A stretch of DNA of 64,000 bases from Deferribacterales bacterium (GCA_050251875.1 JBFWMA010000005.1:32001-96000), one strand, 5' to 3'. Shown: positions 26,945 through 38,257, counted from the first letter of the stretch. Notes: a model not told the origin generated them from the sequence alone. Numbers and translations: made by a program.

Positions 26945-27146
26945 ATATTCTATTACAGCCGTCATCGATCACTTTTACTGATCCGTAAGTCACTTAACGT
27001 TCATATACAGACCTCATCATAATGGAACCTATAATTATCGGCTTTGAATATCGGAAAAAAATTATCTTGTGCGATATTATTTCCATAGTGTATTATATGT
27101 CATTAACGCCTGAAGACTGGGGGCGTTAAAATATAAGGAGGTAATT

Positions 27147-28592
27147 ATGGATAATAACAAGAAACTGACCACGGCCGCCGGCGTACCTGTTCCGGATAAT
27201 CAGAATGCCGTGACTGCGGGTCCGAGAGGTCCCATGCTTTTACAGGATATATGGTTTTTAGAAAAACTGGCTCATTTTGACAGGGAAGTGATCCCTGAGA
27301 GAAGGATGCACGCCAAAGGTTCCGGAGCGTTCGGCACATTTACCGTGACTCATGACATCACTGAGTATACCAGAGCAAAAATGTTCTCCGAAATAGGCAA
27401 AAAAACAGATATGTTCGTGCGTTTCTCCACCGTCGCTGGCGAGAGGGGAGCGGCGGACGCCGAGAGAGACATCCGTGGATTTGCCATGAAATTCTATACC
27501 GAAGAGGGCAACTGGGATCTGGTGGGCAACAATACTCCGGTTTTTTTCCTGCGTGACCCTCTGAAATTTCCTGACCTGAACCACGCGGTGAAACGTGATC
27601 CCAGAACCAACATGCGCAGCGCCAAAAACAACTGGGATTTCTGGACATCTCTTCCCGAAGCCCTGCATCAGGTGACGATAACCATGAGCGAAAGAGGCAT
27701 CCCCTATTCATACAGACACATGCATGGATTCGGCAGCCACACTTTCAGCATGATTAATCAGGACAATCAAAGGGTTTGGGTCAAATTTCACCTGCTGACC
27801 CAGCAGGGAATAAAAACTCTGACCGACTGCGAAGCTGAGGCGGTGATAGCCAAGGACCGTGAGAGCAACCAGAGAGACCTTCTGGACAGTATAGATAAGG
27901 GTGATTTCCCCAGATGGAATATGTACATACAGGTTATGACAGAGAAGCAGGCGGATGAGATGCCCTATAATCCTTTCGATCTGACGAAGGTATGGTATAA
28001 GAAGGATTTTCCCCTGATACCCGTGGGATATTTTGAGCTCAACCGCAACCCCGAAAACTATTTCGCCGATGTGGAGCAGGCGGCTTTCAACCCGGCGAAT
28101 GTCGTTCCCGGAATCAGTTTTTCACCCGACAAGATGCTTCAGGGCAGGCTCTTTTCCTATGGTGACACTCAGAGATACCGTCTCGGCGTCAACCATCACT
28201 CCATACCGGTAAATGCTCCCAGATGTCCTTTCCACAGCTATCACAGAGACGGTCAGATGCGTGTGGACGGAAACCAGGGCGGGGCGACCTCCTATGAGCC
28301 CAACAGCTATGGCGAGTGGAAAGAGCAGCCTGAGTTCAAGGAACCTCCGCTGGAGATCAGAGGAGCGGCGTCCAGCTGGAATTTCAGAGAGGACGATGAT
28401 GACTACTACACTCAGCCGGGCATACTCTTCAGGCTGATGAGCAAAGAACAGCAGCAGACGCTTTTTGAAAATACGGCAAGAGCCATGGGCGATGCTCCTG
28501 AGATGATTAAGAAAAGACATATCGAAAACTGCTCCAAAGCCGATCCGGCATATGGAAAGGGAGTGGCTGACGCTATGGGGCTTTCTGTATAG
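27147..28592 (+). CDS. katA: Monofunctional small-subunit heme catalase
   Basis: [41 protein letters not shown]. Confidence 0.95.
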   Translation: MDNNKKLTTAAGVPVPDNQNAVTAGPRGPMLLQDIWFLEKLAHFDREVIPERRMHAKGSGAFGTFTVTHDITEYTRAKMFSEIGKKTDMFVRFSTVAGERGAADAERDIRGFAMKFYTEEGNWDLVGNNTPVFFLRDPLKFPDLNHAVKRDPRTNMRSAKNNWDFWTSLPEALHQVTITMSERGIPYSYRHMHGFGSHTFSMINQDNQRVWVKFHLLTQQGIKTLTDCEAEAVIAKDRESNQRDLLDSIDKGDFPRWNMYIQVMTEKQADEMPYNPFDLTKVWYKKDFPLIPVGYFELNRNPENYFADVEQAAFNPANVVPGISFSPDKMLQGRLFSYGDTQRYRLGVNHHSIPVNAPRCPFHSYHRDGQMRVDGNQGGATSYEPNSYGEWKEQPEFKEPPLEIRGAASSWNFREDDDDYYTQPGILFRLMSKEQQQTLFENTARAMGDAPEMIKKRHIENCSKADPAYGKGVADAMGLSV

Positions 28593-28604
28593 AACAATAC
28601 TTAT

Positions 28605-28630
28605 AAAGGGGCGGAGAGCGCCCCTTTTTT
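28605..28630 (+). terminator. Terminator between catalase and the convergent epimerase-like gene
   Basis: AAAGGGGCG-GAGAG-CGCCCCTTTTTT. Confidence 0.8.
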
Positions 28631-29517
28631 TATTTCAGATAGGATGAGACAGTCTCTTCCAGCCGGTGTCTTTTGACATCCAGCAGTTTGAAGGCGGTGC
28701 TGTCCGAACAGGTGTTGCCTTCGGTGAGCATGATGAACTGGTCTCTTGTCAGCGGAAACCAGTCTGATTTTCCGAACAGCGATATCCCCGCTTTTATAAA
28801 CATTTCAGGCACAGGCATCAGCAGGTGCTTTCTTTTCAGAGATCTGCTTATCATTTTCAGAAGCTCTTTATATGTAATAAGGTCTTCACCGCAGAGAGGG
28901 TATGTTTTGTCATATGTCTCTTCCGAGTCTATCGCTTTCACGAAGCAGTCCGCCACGTCTTTCACATAAACGGGCATCATCGGGTATGAACCGTCTCCGA
29001 AATAGGTAAAAGCGGGGGCTGAGCGCATATATCCCGCCAGCATGTTTATGAAGGTGTCTCCCGGTCCGAATATGAGGGACGGACGGAAGATGGTATAGTC
29101 TATGTTATGATATTTCACTGCCTGTTCGGCGTTATATTTGGTTATGTGATACATGCTCACGGCGTTCTCTCTGGTGCCGTTGGCGGACATGTGGACATAT
29201 CGTCTTAATCCCTGTTCAGCCATGGCGGAGGTGATGTTCTCCGTGGCTTCCGTGTGCATGCGGGCGAATGTTACGCCCTTTTTCGGATATTCCCTGATGA
29301 TTCCCACCAGATGGATAACAGCGTCTATATCTTTGAGAGCGTGTTTCAGAGAGTCTTTGTCCAGCACGTCTCCGGTCGCTATCTCGGCGGCGTGTTCCAG
29401 CTTCTTTTCGCTGCCCTTGCGGACGAGCGCAACGGGGGCGTAGTTGTGGCGTATCAGAGATTCTATCACGGCGTTGCCCACAAAGCCTGTGGCGCCTGTT
29501 ACCAATACCTTTTTCAT
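28630..29517 (-). CDS. NAD(P)-binding SDR, complex I NDUFA9-like family
   Basis: VLVTGATGFVG, VIHLVGIIRE, TIFRPSLIFGPGD. Confidence 0.88.
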   Translation of the reverse strand: MKKVLVTGATGFVGNAVIESLIRHNYAPVALVRKGSEKKLEHAAEIATGDVLDKDSLKHALKDIDAVIHLVGIIREYPKKGVTFARMHTEATENITSAMAEQGLRRYVHMSANGTRENAVSMYHITKYNAEQAVKYHNIDYTIFRPSLIFGPGDTFINMLAGYMRSAPAFTYFGDGSYPMMPVYVKDVADCFVKAIDSEETYDKTYPLCGEDLITYKELLKMISRSLKRKHLLMPVPEMFIKAGISLFGKSDWFPLTRDQFIMLTEGNTCSDSTAFKLLDVKRHRLEETVSSYLK

Positions 29518-30179
29518 ATCACATGCTCCCTTTTAAAGCTGAAGAACCCTGTCTTGCTTATAATAATATGGTCTGCCATGACAATATCAAGTGCCCCGAG
29601 GGCTTTTATCAGCTTGTCTGTCAGGTTGATGTCGTCTTCGGAAGGGTTCAGACTGCCGGTGGGGTGGTTGTGCGCCACGATGACGAAGCTCGCCTTCTTC
29701 TTTATCGCCTCTTCGGCGATCTCTCTGGGATATACCGCCAGCCTGTCCACTGTTCCGGTGAAAAAGTTTTTGTATCCCAGCAGTTTTTTATTAATATCCA
29801 TGAAGAGCGCCATGAACTGTTCCTTCTGTTCGTATCCGATGCGGAAACGCAGAAAAGACGCCGCTTTTTCCGGCTTGTCCAGAATCACCGCCTCCCGGTC
29901 GATATCCTCGTAGGCGGATCTGCCCATCAGCTCTCTGATCAGGCTGAAAAATACTCTCGCCTCTTCGCCCAGACCGTCCACATCCGCCATGGAATATCCG
30001 GGGGCGCCGCTGATTCCTCCGGCTCTTTCTATGAGAGCCTTCGCCTGCGGCTTGACATCCCTGCCTCTGACAACATAGCCCAGAAGCAGCTCAATCACCT
30101 CATAATCATAGAGAGATTCCGGTTCTTTCAAAAACCTCTCTTTCAGTCTCTGGCGGTGTCCGTGATAGTGTTCTTTCAT
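29514..30179 (-). CDS. radC: RadC (JAB domain) family protein
   Basis: GHRQRLKERF, VYPREI, AHNHPTGSLNPSEDD, DHIII. Confidence 0.92.
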   Translation of the reverse strand: MKEHYHGHRQRLKERFLKEPESLYDYEVIELLLGYVVRGRDVKPQAKALIERAGGISGAPGYSMADVDGLGEEARVFFSLIRELMGRSAYEDIDREAVILDKPEKAASFLRFRIGYEQKEQFMALFMDINKKLLGYKNFFTGTVDRLAVYPREIAEEAIKKKASFVIVAHNHPTGSLNPSEDDINLTDKLIKALGALDIVMADHIIISKTGFFSFKREHVI

Positions 30180-30288
30180 AGTGTTATTTATATCAGCAGG
30201 TGTCAAAAGTGTAAATATGCTAAAACGCTGCTTGCAATTTACCAGTAATTTAATATTATCACAGGAGACCACCTAGGGAGGATGCATT

Positions 30289-30621
30289 ATGTTCGGACTG
30301 GGATTCAGCGAGATTTTATTGATACTTGCTCTTGCTCTGATATTTGTCGGTCCAAAGAAACTGCCGGAGATAGCGAAGGGGCTGGGCAAAGGATACGGTG
30401 AATTCCGTAAATATATGAACGAGTTCAAAGAGGCTGTGAATGTCACTGTGGAAGACGAGGTCAAACCCCAGAAAACATCCGCCTCAAAAGTATATGAAGA
30501 ACACTATAAGGACAGAATGACAGAGGGTCCTGTGATGAATAAGGATATTCAGGCGGATGAAGTTCATGCCGAGGAAGTGAAGGCAGAAGAGCCCGCTGAG
30601 GAGAAAAAACAGGATGCTTAA
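30289..30621 (+). CDS. Twin-arginine translocase TatA/TatB family subunit
   Basis: [27 protein letters not shown]; directly upstream of tatC. Confidence 0.9.
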   Translation: MFGLGFSEILLILALALIFVGPKKLPEIAKGLGKGYGEFRKYMNEFKEAVNVTVEDEVKPQKTSASKVYEEHYKDRMTEGPVMNKDIQADEVHAEEVKAEEPAEEKKQDA

Positions 30622-31381
30622 CGAGAAAGAGAAGGGGGTTGAGGCGAAACTCCCCCTGATGGAACATCTGGTGGAGCTGAGAAAAAGGCTCATCAGGGTT
30701 TTCATAGTCGTTATCGTGGTCTTCTGCTTTGTCTATTCCAAAAGCGCCCTTTTCATGGATTTTGTCACCGCGCCTCTGGTAAAGCTCCTGCCGGAGAATT
30801 CCTCGCTCGCCATGATAAAGATCACGGAGGGATTTTTCACCGAGCTTAAGCTGTCGCTGGTTGTGGCTGTTTTTTTCAGCATGCCCGCAGTATTTTATCA
30901 GTTATGGAAATTCATCGCTCCCGGGCTTTACGCTCAGGAGAAAAAATATATGACATCATTCGTGGTGTTCGCCTCTCTGCTTTTTGTGGCGGGCGGAGCT
31001 TTTGCGTATTATGTCGTTTTTCCGTTCGGGTTTCAGTTTTTCTTAAGCTATGCCCACGGAGATGTCACCGCCACACTTTCGCTGGCGGAATATTTATCGT
31101 TTTTTACCAATATGCTGCTGGCTTTCGGCATAGTGTTTGAGATGCCTGTTTTCACCTTCTTTCTGGCGAAGATGGGTATACTGACATCACGCATGATGAA
31201 CAAATACAGAAGATTTTCTTATCTCGGTATTTTCGTTGTGGCTGCGATACTTACGCCTCCCGATATATTTTCGCAGGTTGCGATGGCGTGCCCGATGATT
31301 ATCTTATATGAAATAAGCGTCATCGTTGCCAAAGTATTCGGAAGAAAAAGGGAAGTGAAGGAAGAAGATGTCTACAGCTGA
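30614..31381 (+). CDS. tatC: Twin-arginine translocase TatC
   Basis: [32 protein letters not shown]. Confidence 0.96.
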   Translation: MLNEKEKGVEAKLPLMEHLVELRKRLIRVFIVVIVVFCFVYSKSALFMDFVTAPLVKLLPENSSLAMIKITEGFFTELKLSLVVAVFFSMPAVFYQLWKFIAPGLYAQEKKYMTSFVVFASLLFVAGGAFAYYVVFPFGFQFFLSYAHGDVTATLSLAEYLSFFTNMLLAFGIVFEMPVFTFFLAKMGILTSRMMNKYRRFSYLGIFVVAAILTPPDIFSQVAMACPMIILYEISVIVAKVFGRKREVKEEDVYS

Positions 31382-32372
31382 TGAAAAGAATATAACCGAT
31401 CAGTATGGGCGGCATATAAAATATCTGAGGGTGTCTGTGACAGACAGATGCAACTTCAGATGCAAATACTGTGTGCCCGCTGTGGAAAATTATAATCATG
31501 TTCCCCACCCGCAGATTATGACATATGAAGAGATGCTCACCGTGGTGGAGGTCTTTGCCGAGCTGGGCGTGCACAAGGTGCGTGTCACAGGGGGCGAGCC
31601 TCTGGTGAGAAGAGGCATAGAGAGCTTTCTGGGCGAGATATCCAAGGTGAAGGGCATAGACGAAGTAACCCTCACCACCAACGGAGCCCTGCTGGGCAAG
31701 TTCGCCGACAGCATCAAACAGGCGGGAATAAAGAGAATAAACGTCAGTCTGGATTCACTGCGTCCCGACAGATATAAAGAGATAACCGGAGGGTTCAACC
31801 TCCAGAATCTGATAGAGGGCATCAGATATGCCCAGAGCATCGGCATCGGACCTATCAAGACCAACACCGTGGTTATAAAAGGATTCAATGACGATGAGAT
31901 CGGCGATTTCTGCGATTTTGCCGCGGAGAACAACATCACATCCAGATTCATAGAGTTCATGCCCGTGGGCAACTATCTGGAGTGGAAAGATAAAGGTGTT
32001 CTCAGCGGAAAAGAGATGCTGGACGTCATCAGCGCGAAATACAGCACAAAAGAGCTGAAAAAAGAGAAATACGCCGGACCGGCGAAGAACTATCTGCTCT
32101 CCAACGGCGCAAGGGTGGGCATCATAACACCCATCAGCAACCACTTCTGTTCGGAATGCGACAAACTGCGCATCACCGCTGACGGAAAACTGCGCCCCTG
32201 TCTGCTCTCCGACACCGAGATAGACATCCTGCCCGTGGTTAGGACAGGGTACAAACAGGCCATAAAAGCGGAGATAATCAGAGGACTGTTCATGAAAGAA
32301 AAAGAGCACCATGTGCTTTTGGAGAAAAAGAATAATGAGTTTTCAAGAACCATGTCAAAAATCGGCGGATAA
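31368..32372 (+). CDS. moaA: GTP 3',8-cyclase
   Basis: YLRVSVTDRCNFRCKYC, FCSECDKLRITADG..PCL, C-terminal IGG. Confidence 0.96.
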   Translation: MSTADEKNITDQYGRHIKYLRVSVTDRCNFRCKYCVPAVENYNHVPHPQIMTYEEMLTVVEVFAELGVHKVRVTGGEPLVRRGIESFLGEISKVKGIDEVTLTTNGALLGKFADSIKQAGIKRINVSLDSLRPDRYKEITGGFNLQNLIEGIRYAQSIGIGPIKTNTVVIKGFNDDEIGDFCDFAAENNITSRFIEFMPVGNYLEWKDKGVLSGKEMLDVISAKYSTKELKKEKYAGPAKNYLLSNGARVGIITPISNHFCSECDKLRITADGKLRPCLLSDTEIDILPVVRTGYKQAIKAEIIRGLFMKEKEHHVLLEKKNNEFSRTMSKIGG

Positions 32373-33624
32373 TGTAACACTGCCCTGCGGGAGATCATCC
32401 GTCACCCTTCCTTTCACCTTAAAAGCAGAATATATAACATCGAAACAAAAGATAAACGCCATGCCCCAGAGCGAGGTTATAGAGCGCCTGACAGGCGATG
32501 CCGTCATGAGCTATCCCCTGCGTGAGACCATAGAGGACGGCGAAAATATACTGATAGTCCTGCCGGACGCCACCAGACGCTCCGGAGCGGAGCAGGTTCT
32601 GCCCGAGATACTTTCCATAGCGGAAGAGTTTAAGAAGACCGTGCGGTTCATCATAGCCGTGGGTACCCACAGACAGCCGGATGAAGCCGAGCTGAAAGAG
32701 ATTATGACTCCTGAGATCTATGAGAAATATAAGCATGCCGTGCTGACCCACGACTGTGAAGATTATTCCTCTATGGATTTTTACGGAATAACCAAGCGCA
32801 AGACCACCGTGCTTTTCAACAAGGCTTACAGAGAGCACGACACCATAATAACCATCGGTTCAGTCAGCTATCACTATTTCGCCGGATACGGCGGCGGGCG
32901 CAAGCTGATTTTTCCGGGGCTCGCCTCTGAAAAATCCATCTCCGCCAACCACAAGCTGGCTATAGACGCCATGACATCGCAGAGGCACGATAAGGCAGTC
33001 ACTGGCAATCTCAGAAACAACCCTGTTCATGACGACATGGTGGAGACCATCATGATAGCCAGATCAGGGCATACTTTCTTTGCGGTGAACACCATTCTGG
33101 ACGAAAACGGAAAGATAGCGGAGATCGTCTGCGGAGACCTTTTCATGTCGCACATTCAGGCGGCGCAGAAGCTGGACGAATACTGCGGCGTATCCATAGG
33201 CAGACAGTATGATCTGGTGATAGTGTCAGCCGGAGGCAGCCCGAAGGATATCAATCTGGTGCAGGCTCAGAAATATCTGGACAGGATAATTCCTCTGGTG
33301 AAAGAGGGCGGAAAGGTTCTTTTTCTGGCGGAGTGTCCGGACGGATACGGTAATAAATATTTCGAAGGTTTTTTCGATCACGCTGATTCCGGATCAATGC
33401 TGAAAGAGCTGATGGTGGACTACAGAATCAACCGTCAGACAGCGTATAATCTGAAAACCAGACTGGAGGCGTTCGATGTTTACGCATATACGTCTCTGGA
33501 TGAAAAAGACTGTGAGAGAATCGGGTTTAAAAAGCTGAATGATCTGAACGATATAAAAGAACTCGCCGAAAAGGCGGAGAATGTTGCCGTGGTGAGCCAC
33601 CCGGCGGATATATTTATTAAATAG
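32335..33624 (+). CDS. LarA-family nickel-pincer-dependent 2-hydroxyacid racemase/epimerase
   Basis: PDATR, AVGTHR, HYFAGYGGGRK, ANH, QAQK, AECPDG. Start uncertain (32311 or 32335). Confidence 0.85.
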   Translation: MSFQEPCQKSADNVTLPCGRSSVTLPFTLKAEYITSKQKINAMPQSEVIERLTGDAVMSYPLRETIEDGENILIVLPDATRRSGAEQVLPEILSIAEEFKKTVRFIIAVGTHRQPDEAELKEIMTPEIYEKYKHAVLTHDCEDYSSMDFYGITKRKTTVLFNKAYREHDTIITIGSVSYHYFAGYGGGRKLIFPGLASEKSISANHKLAIDAMTSQRHDKAVTGNLRNNPVHDDMVETIMIARSGHTFFAVNTILDENGKIAEIVCGDLFMSHIQAAQKLDEYCGVSIGRQYDLVIVSAGGSPKDINLVQAQKYLDRIIPLVKEGGKVLFLAECPDGYGNKYFEGFFDHADSGSMLKELMVDYRINRQTAYNLKTRLEAFDVYAYTSLDEKDCERIGFKKLNDLNDIKELAEKAENVAVVSHPADIFIK

Positions 33625-33655
33625 TGAGTTCTAAAGACAGGTCGGATCGAGTAGT

Positions 33656-33886
33656 TTATTTATTCTGTTGTTTGAAGAAGTCGACAAGAGACACCAGGTT
33701 TTCCTTTTTGGTCGCCTGAATGTTCTCTTCTTTGATAGCTTCGTAGACCTCTTTGCGGTGAACGCTGACGTCTTTGGGCGCATCTATACCGATCTTAACG
33801 TTTCTACCGTTAACCTCGACAATGGTGACCTCGATGCTGTCTCCGATTATTATGCTTTCGTTTATCTTCCTTGATAATACAAGCAT
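33656..33886 (-). CDS. csrA: Carbon storage regulator CsrA
   Basis: [16 protein letters not shown]...[17 protein letters not shown] plus the C-terminal EEN extension typical of FliW-paired CsrA. Confidence 0.96.
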   Translation of the reverse strand: MLVLSRKINESIIIGDSIEVTIVEVNGRNVKIGIDAPKDVSVHRKEVYEAIKEENIQATKKENLVSLVDFFKQQNK

Positions 33887-33902
33887 TTTGCTCCCTGTGA
33901 CC

Positions 33903-34337
33903 CTATGCTTTAAACAAAGGGGTCTTAATCTGCCATTTATCTTCCTCTAAAATAACTTGTTTTGCAAGTTTTTTCTCCACATTCACGATTAGAGGCGCTC
34001 TCAGGTTCATTGTGGCGTTCTTGGGCTGATCCGGAACGACAACTATGGCGAATAGCTTCATCTTCGTATCTTCTTCCGCTCCAAGGATCTTCGCTTCTCT
34101 CTTGTTCAGCTTGGGCGTGTAATCTGGGACGAAGAGTTCCGGCTCCACCAGAATGAAGCATATGTCTTTGTCCTGCACAGACTGAAACCAGAGAAACGGG
34201 TAAGATTTCTCATTAGAGATCAGAATAAAATCGCTGAGATCAGGAAAGCCTAAGATAGGCGCGGACAGTGTGATGATATCCGCGTCCGCATACTCTATTT
34301 TGCCAAGTTTACCGGACACTATAGTTTTAGTTTCCAT
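33903..34337 (-). CDS. fliW: Flagellar assembly factor FliW
   Basis: [21 protein letters not shown]...AKQVIL; adjacent to csrA. GAGG RBS before ATG 34337. Confidence 0.93.
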   Translation of the reverse strand: METKTIVSGKLGKIEYADADIITLSAPILGFPDLSDFILISNEKSYPFLWFQSVQDKDICFILVEPELFVPDYTPKLNKREAKILGAEEDTKMKLFAIVVVPDQPKNATMNLRAPLIVNVEKKLAKQVILEEDKWQIKTPLFKA

Positions 34338-34414
34338 TGTATCCTCGCAGGTGTTTACTGAATTTGCACCCATATACTGCTCCTGTAGCGTGTGTCGTGA
34401 TCTGAGCTGTCATC

Positions 34415-37400
34415 TTATAAGTAGTCCAGAAGGCTCACAGACATAGTGTAGGCTGTCACCTGAAGAGCAGCCTCGTATGCTGTTTCGGCGAGCGACAGGT
34501 CTGCGGATGCCTGTGTTTTGTCTATGGTGGTCGAGCCTGTGTATTTTGCCTTCAGTTCTTCTGTTGTGGTCACGACATTCTCGTTAAAAGTTATTGCGGA
34601 ATCTGCTTTGTTTACGCTGTTGCCCACAGTGGTCAGAGCAGAGAGTACCTGTGTCTGAGCCTGCTGCAGAACTTCCATCTCGTGTTCTATGCCTGATCCT
34701 ACTGTCGCTGTGAAGTAGTCTGTGGCATAGAGATATCCGGCATCATATGACTGGTATACGCCGTCCGCCACGAAATACAGCTCGTTTGCCGAGTCCATGG
34801 TATAGGTGTTGATCAGCTCGCCGTCATCGCCGGTTATTTTTATTTTTACCAGGTCGCCGCCCTTGGAAACACCGAGGGTGCTGTTATAATCTCCGGCAAC
34901 CGCCACATCTGACACAGACGGGTCGAAGACAAACCCGAGGCTGTCCCCATCCACCAGTTCACATGTGACTATGGAGCTTATACCCTGGTCAGCGAGTTTT
35001 TCATTAATGTTGGCTACCAGATCCTCATATGTGGGATAGTTTTCGGCGTCCACAGTGATGCTCACTGTTTTTTCCGAGCCGTCATTATATGAAAACGTCA
35101 GCGTGCGTTCCGCTGAGTTCGCCTCGCTAAGGTCCATAGTGACCGTTGATGAGCTTGTTATAGTGCGCGCTTCGGCTTTGTTGTAAAAGCCGAGAGTGCC
35201 TGACTCATCGCCGGATACTATTATATCGGCGACAATAGCTGTATCTAAAGAGTTAATTGTAATAATTCCGTTTCCGTTCACAGAAGCCTGAAACTGGGAG
35301 TCAAGACCCTGCGCCACGAGGTCGGCGTTCAGCTCTGTCACGATGGCGGAGTAGTCCGCATAGTCGCCTGATGGAACTGTCAGCGAAAAGCTGTTCCATG
35401 AACTGCCGCTGATGTCGTAGTAGCTGACATCCAGAGTGCTCGGAGAGTTCAGCTCCAGATCGGGCTGTGTCTCGCCGGAGGCGGGAGATGTATCGGACAT
35501 GCCCATTACATAGGATGTCTCTGTATTGTTGTATGAAACGGATATTTCGGTGTTTCCTGATCCTGTGTCCAGCTTCAGCTCGCCGTTGTCGTCATATGCC
35601 CTTACTCCCATGTTCTGAAGAGTCAGGTTGGAGTTGATCTGTGACAGAATCTGATCCATCAGGCTGTCGGCGTCTGTATAGTCTGTCGCCGGAACGTTCA
35701 CTGTCAGAGTGGTTATGTCGTTTGCTGTGGCGTCTGATTTCAGAACGATGTCGAAGCTGACGTCCACGTCTGAGTAATATTTCAGTGTTTCAGAGTTCCA
35801 TGTCTGATCCTGCTGAAGATAGAACTCGGACTGGTTGTTGTATGTCTGCACCTCGAAGGTGAAGATATCGTTATAGTTTCCTGTGAATTCGCCGTCCAGA
35901 TAGGGGGTGGCTATTTCATCGCCGTTGTTTTCCGCCCATTCGCTGGGAGCGCCTATGCCCGCTTCCGCAATGTTGAAGTTAAGCGCTTCGTACAGGTTGT
36001 AGAGAGATGTGAGCACATTCACGTTGTCTCCCTTCTCTGTGACGTTCAGGTCGCCGAAGCTGACGTTTGAGTTGGCTGACATCTCCACTGTGAAGGATGT
36101 GCCGACTGATATTTCGCCCAGTGTTATGGAGACTCCGTTGGCTATGTATATTTCATCGCCTTTGTATGAGTCGCCTATTATGGGGCTGGCGGAGTTGTCG
36201 TATATTGTGTTTCCTTTTGAGTCGGTAACGTTGATGGTGATTTCTGAGGTGAGCGTATCCACGTTCACGTTTACGTTCCACTCATCGTCTCTGGTGCCGT
36301 TATAGGTTCCGGAGAACACAACGTTTTGGTCTATCTCGGCGTAGCCTATTCCTGAGTTGTTTTCAGTGATGGCGAAAGTGAGACGGCTCTCTCCGCTTCT
36401 GAGATCCTGAATCTGTATCTGACCGTTCTGGATAGAAGCGTCCACGGCGTTTCCGTAGAGAGCCTCTATGAATTCCATCATGTCGCCGACCCTTTTTTCG
36501 GTTGCCTCAGGATAGTTTGTTCCTCTGGCGTTGTCGGACTGGAAGTCGGTTCCGATCTTAGTCATCAGAGATGTGTCGTCTGTCAGCTCGGTGTTCTGGA
36601 GCTTGAAAGACACGTCATAGAGTCCGGCTCCTGTGCCGTCCACAACATTAGCGAAGACTGTGAAGCCGAGGTTTTTATCCATCAGCGCCTGATTCAGCTT
36701 GTCCTGGATGGATGCCGCGTCATCTGCCGCTGTTACGTCTATCTGCACGGGTGTGCCGTTCACATAATATTTGTATGTGCCGGCGGCGGACATGTCCACA
36801 TCTGTGTGTGTGGTGGTGACCGGTCCTGTGAAATCGTCATATGACAGGTTGAATACTGTGTCTGTACCTGTGGCGGAGATGGTGGATGAGCCGAAACCGA
36901 GTGTGTTGTTCAGCGATCCTTGCACGGATATGTTTGTTTCGTCCCCTGTTCTGGAGGAGATGAACATTATGTTGTTTCCGTCTGCCACTGCGGTGATCTC
37001 TCCGCCCAGTCCCATGTCTTCCAGATCACGGTTGATGTCGAAGATCACGTTGTCCATGCTGGCGTAGCCTTTCTGATCCATAGTGATGGTGTATTCACGG
37101 CTGGCGTATGACAGAGTGATGCTTCTCTCTTCCTCAGATGCTTCGGACATGTCCAGATCGACTTTGCCGGGCGATGTCAGCTGGGCTGTACCCACGGCGT
37201 ATCCGTTGTGGTCTGTGCCGGAGAATTTTATATTGTCGGCGGTACAGGCATTGGCTCCGTCTATCTGGGAGAATTTTGTGGTCTCGGATATGGTGAGACC
37301 GTTTATGGTGTTGGTTGTTGTGCCTGTTATTGTCCTGTTGGTCTCCATGTAGAGATCCTGTCCGGATACGTTAATGGTTACGGACTGGTTGGAGGCGATT

Positions 37401-38239
37401 TTGGATGTGATTTCGCCGTCATCCCCCTGATAGCTGATATCGTCACCGGGGACATAATAGAAGTCTATTGTGAAGTCCTCGCCGTTGTTGATGCCGTCAG
37501 GAATCACAAATCCCACTCCGAGACCTGTGTTGATAACGGTTTCGCCTGTGTATTCGGTTGTCAGCGTGGTGGATGTTCTGTTTCCGGCGGCGGTGCTCTC
37601 GTCTGAGCCGTTGCTGTCCAGAAGAACAGTGTTGTCCTCGCCGTCTTTCATGGTGACGTATGCCACGCCGTCCAGAACTGTTACGGTCGCCTTATATTTT
37701 CCCTCTTTCAGTTCGGTCATGTCGCTGTAGAGTTTTTTGGTTATTGCCTCTGTGCCCGCCTTGGATGAAGATACGGCTGAAACCTCTCTCTCTCCGCTGG
37801 TGAAGGGCTCTGTTCCTGTTTCATAGCCGGAGAAGATATATCTGTCCAGATACTGGGTATTGCCTATGTCCATCATCGCCTGATAGATGCTCAGCACTTC
37901 GCCCGCCAGAGCCTTCCGGCTGTCGGCGTTCTGTGTGTCGTTCATACCCTGTTCCGCCAGCTCGTTGAGGGCTGTGGTCAGATATTCGGAAGCGGTCTGG
38001 AGAACGCTGTCGGCTGTTTCCAGCCATGTCAGGGCGTTTTCGCCGTTTCTTTTATATTGTGTCGCCTCGTTGGACATTATCTGCATGTTATACGCTGTGA
38101 GATAATATACGGCGTCATCTTCCGGATTCAGCAGGTTTCTGCCTGCGGAAACTCTTTCATTCGCAGCTATCAGGTTTCCCAGAGTAGTGTTGAGACCCTG
38201 ACTGTACATCATTGAGATCATATTGTTAGTGACTCTCAT
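34415..38239 (-). CDS. flgL: Flagellar hook-associated protein 3 FlgL, unusually large (1274 aa)
   Basis: Flagellin-like N-terminus (MRVTNNM...YIFSGY) and C-terminus (YEAALQ...SLLDYL); between flgK and fliW. Confidence 0.88.
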   Translation of the reverse strand: MRVTNNMISMMYSQGLNTTLGNLIAANERVSAGRNLLNPEDDAVYYLTAYNMQIMSNEATQYKRNGENALTWLETADSVLQTASEYLTTALNELAEQGMNDTQNADSRKALAGEVLSIYQAMMDIGNTQYLDRYIFSGYETGTEPFTSGEREVSAVSSSKAGTEAITKKLYSDMTELKEGKYKATVTVLDGVAYVTMKDGEDNTVLLDSNGSDESTAAGNRTSTTLTTEYTGETVINTGLGVGFVIPDGINNGEDFTIDFYYVPGDDISYQGDDGEITSKIASNQSVTINVSGQDLYMETNRTITGTTTNTINGLTISETTKFSQIDGANACTADNIKFSGTDHNGYAVGTAQLTSPGKVDLDMSEASEEERSITLSYASREYTITMDQKGYASMDNVIFDINRDLEDMGLGGEITAVADGNNIMFISSRTGDETNISVQGSLNNTLGFGSSTISATGTDTVFNLSYDDFTGPVTTTHTDVDMSAAGTYKYYVNGTPVQIDVTAADDAASIQDKLNQALMDKNLGFTVFANVVDGTGAGLYDVSFKLQNTELTDDTSLMTKIGTDFQSDNARGTNYPEATEKRVGDMMEFIEALYGNAVDASIQNGQIQIQDLRSGESRLTFAITENNSGIGYAEIDQNVVFSGTYNGTRDDEWNVNVNVDTLTSEITINVTDSKGNTIYDNSASPIIGDSYKGDEIYIANGVSITLGEISVGTSFTVEMSANSNVSFGDLNVTEKGDNVNVLTSLYNLYEALNFNIAEAGIGAPSEWAENNGDEIATPYLDGEFTGNYNDIFTFEVQTYNNQSEFYLQQDQTWNSETLKYYSDVDVSFDIVLKSDATANDITTLTVNVPATDYTDADSLMDQILSQINSNLTLQNMGVRAYDDNGELKLDTGSGNTEISVSYNNTETSYVMGMSDTSPASGETQPDLELNSPSTLDVSYYDISGSSWNSFSLTVPSGDYADYSAIVTELNADLVAQGLDSQFQASVNGNGIITINSLDTAIVADIIVSGDESGTLGFYNKAEARTITSSSTVTMDLSEANSAERTLTFSYNDGSEKTVSITVDAENYPTYEDLVANINEKLADQGISSIVTCELVDGDSLGFVFDPSVSDVAVAGDYNSTLGVSKGGDLVKIKITGDDGELINTYTMDSANELYFVADGVYQSYDAGYLYATDYFTATVGSGIEHEMEVLQQAQTQVLSALTTVGNSVNKADSAITFNENVVTTTEELKAKYTGSTTIDKTQASADLSLAETAYEAALQVTAYTMSVSLLDYL

Positions 38240-38257
38240 GGCTTATCTCCTGACCTG

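Noticed and set aside
26990..27100. PerR/OxyR operator upstream of catalase
   Set aside because: Only weak AT-rich partial symmetry; not distinguishable from chance by eye.
29514..30179. radC as a marker of a mobile element
   Set aside because: Full-length chromosomal-type RadC among housekeeping genes; no integrase or transposase nearby.
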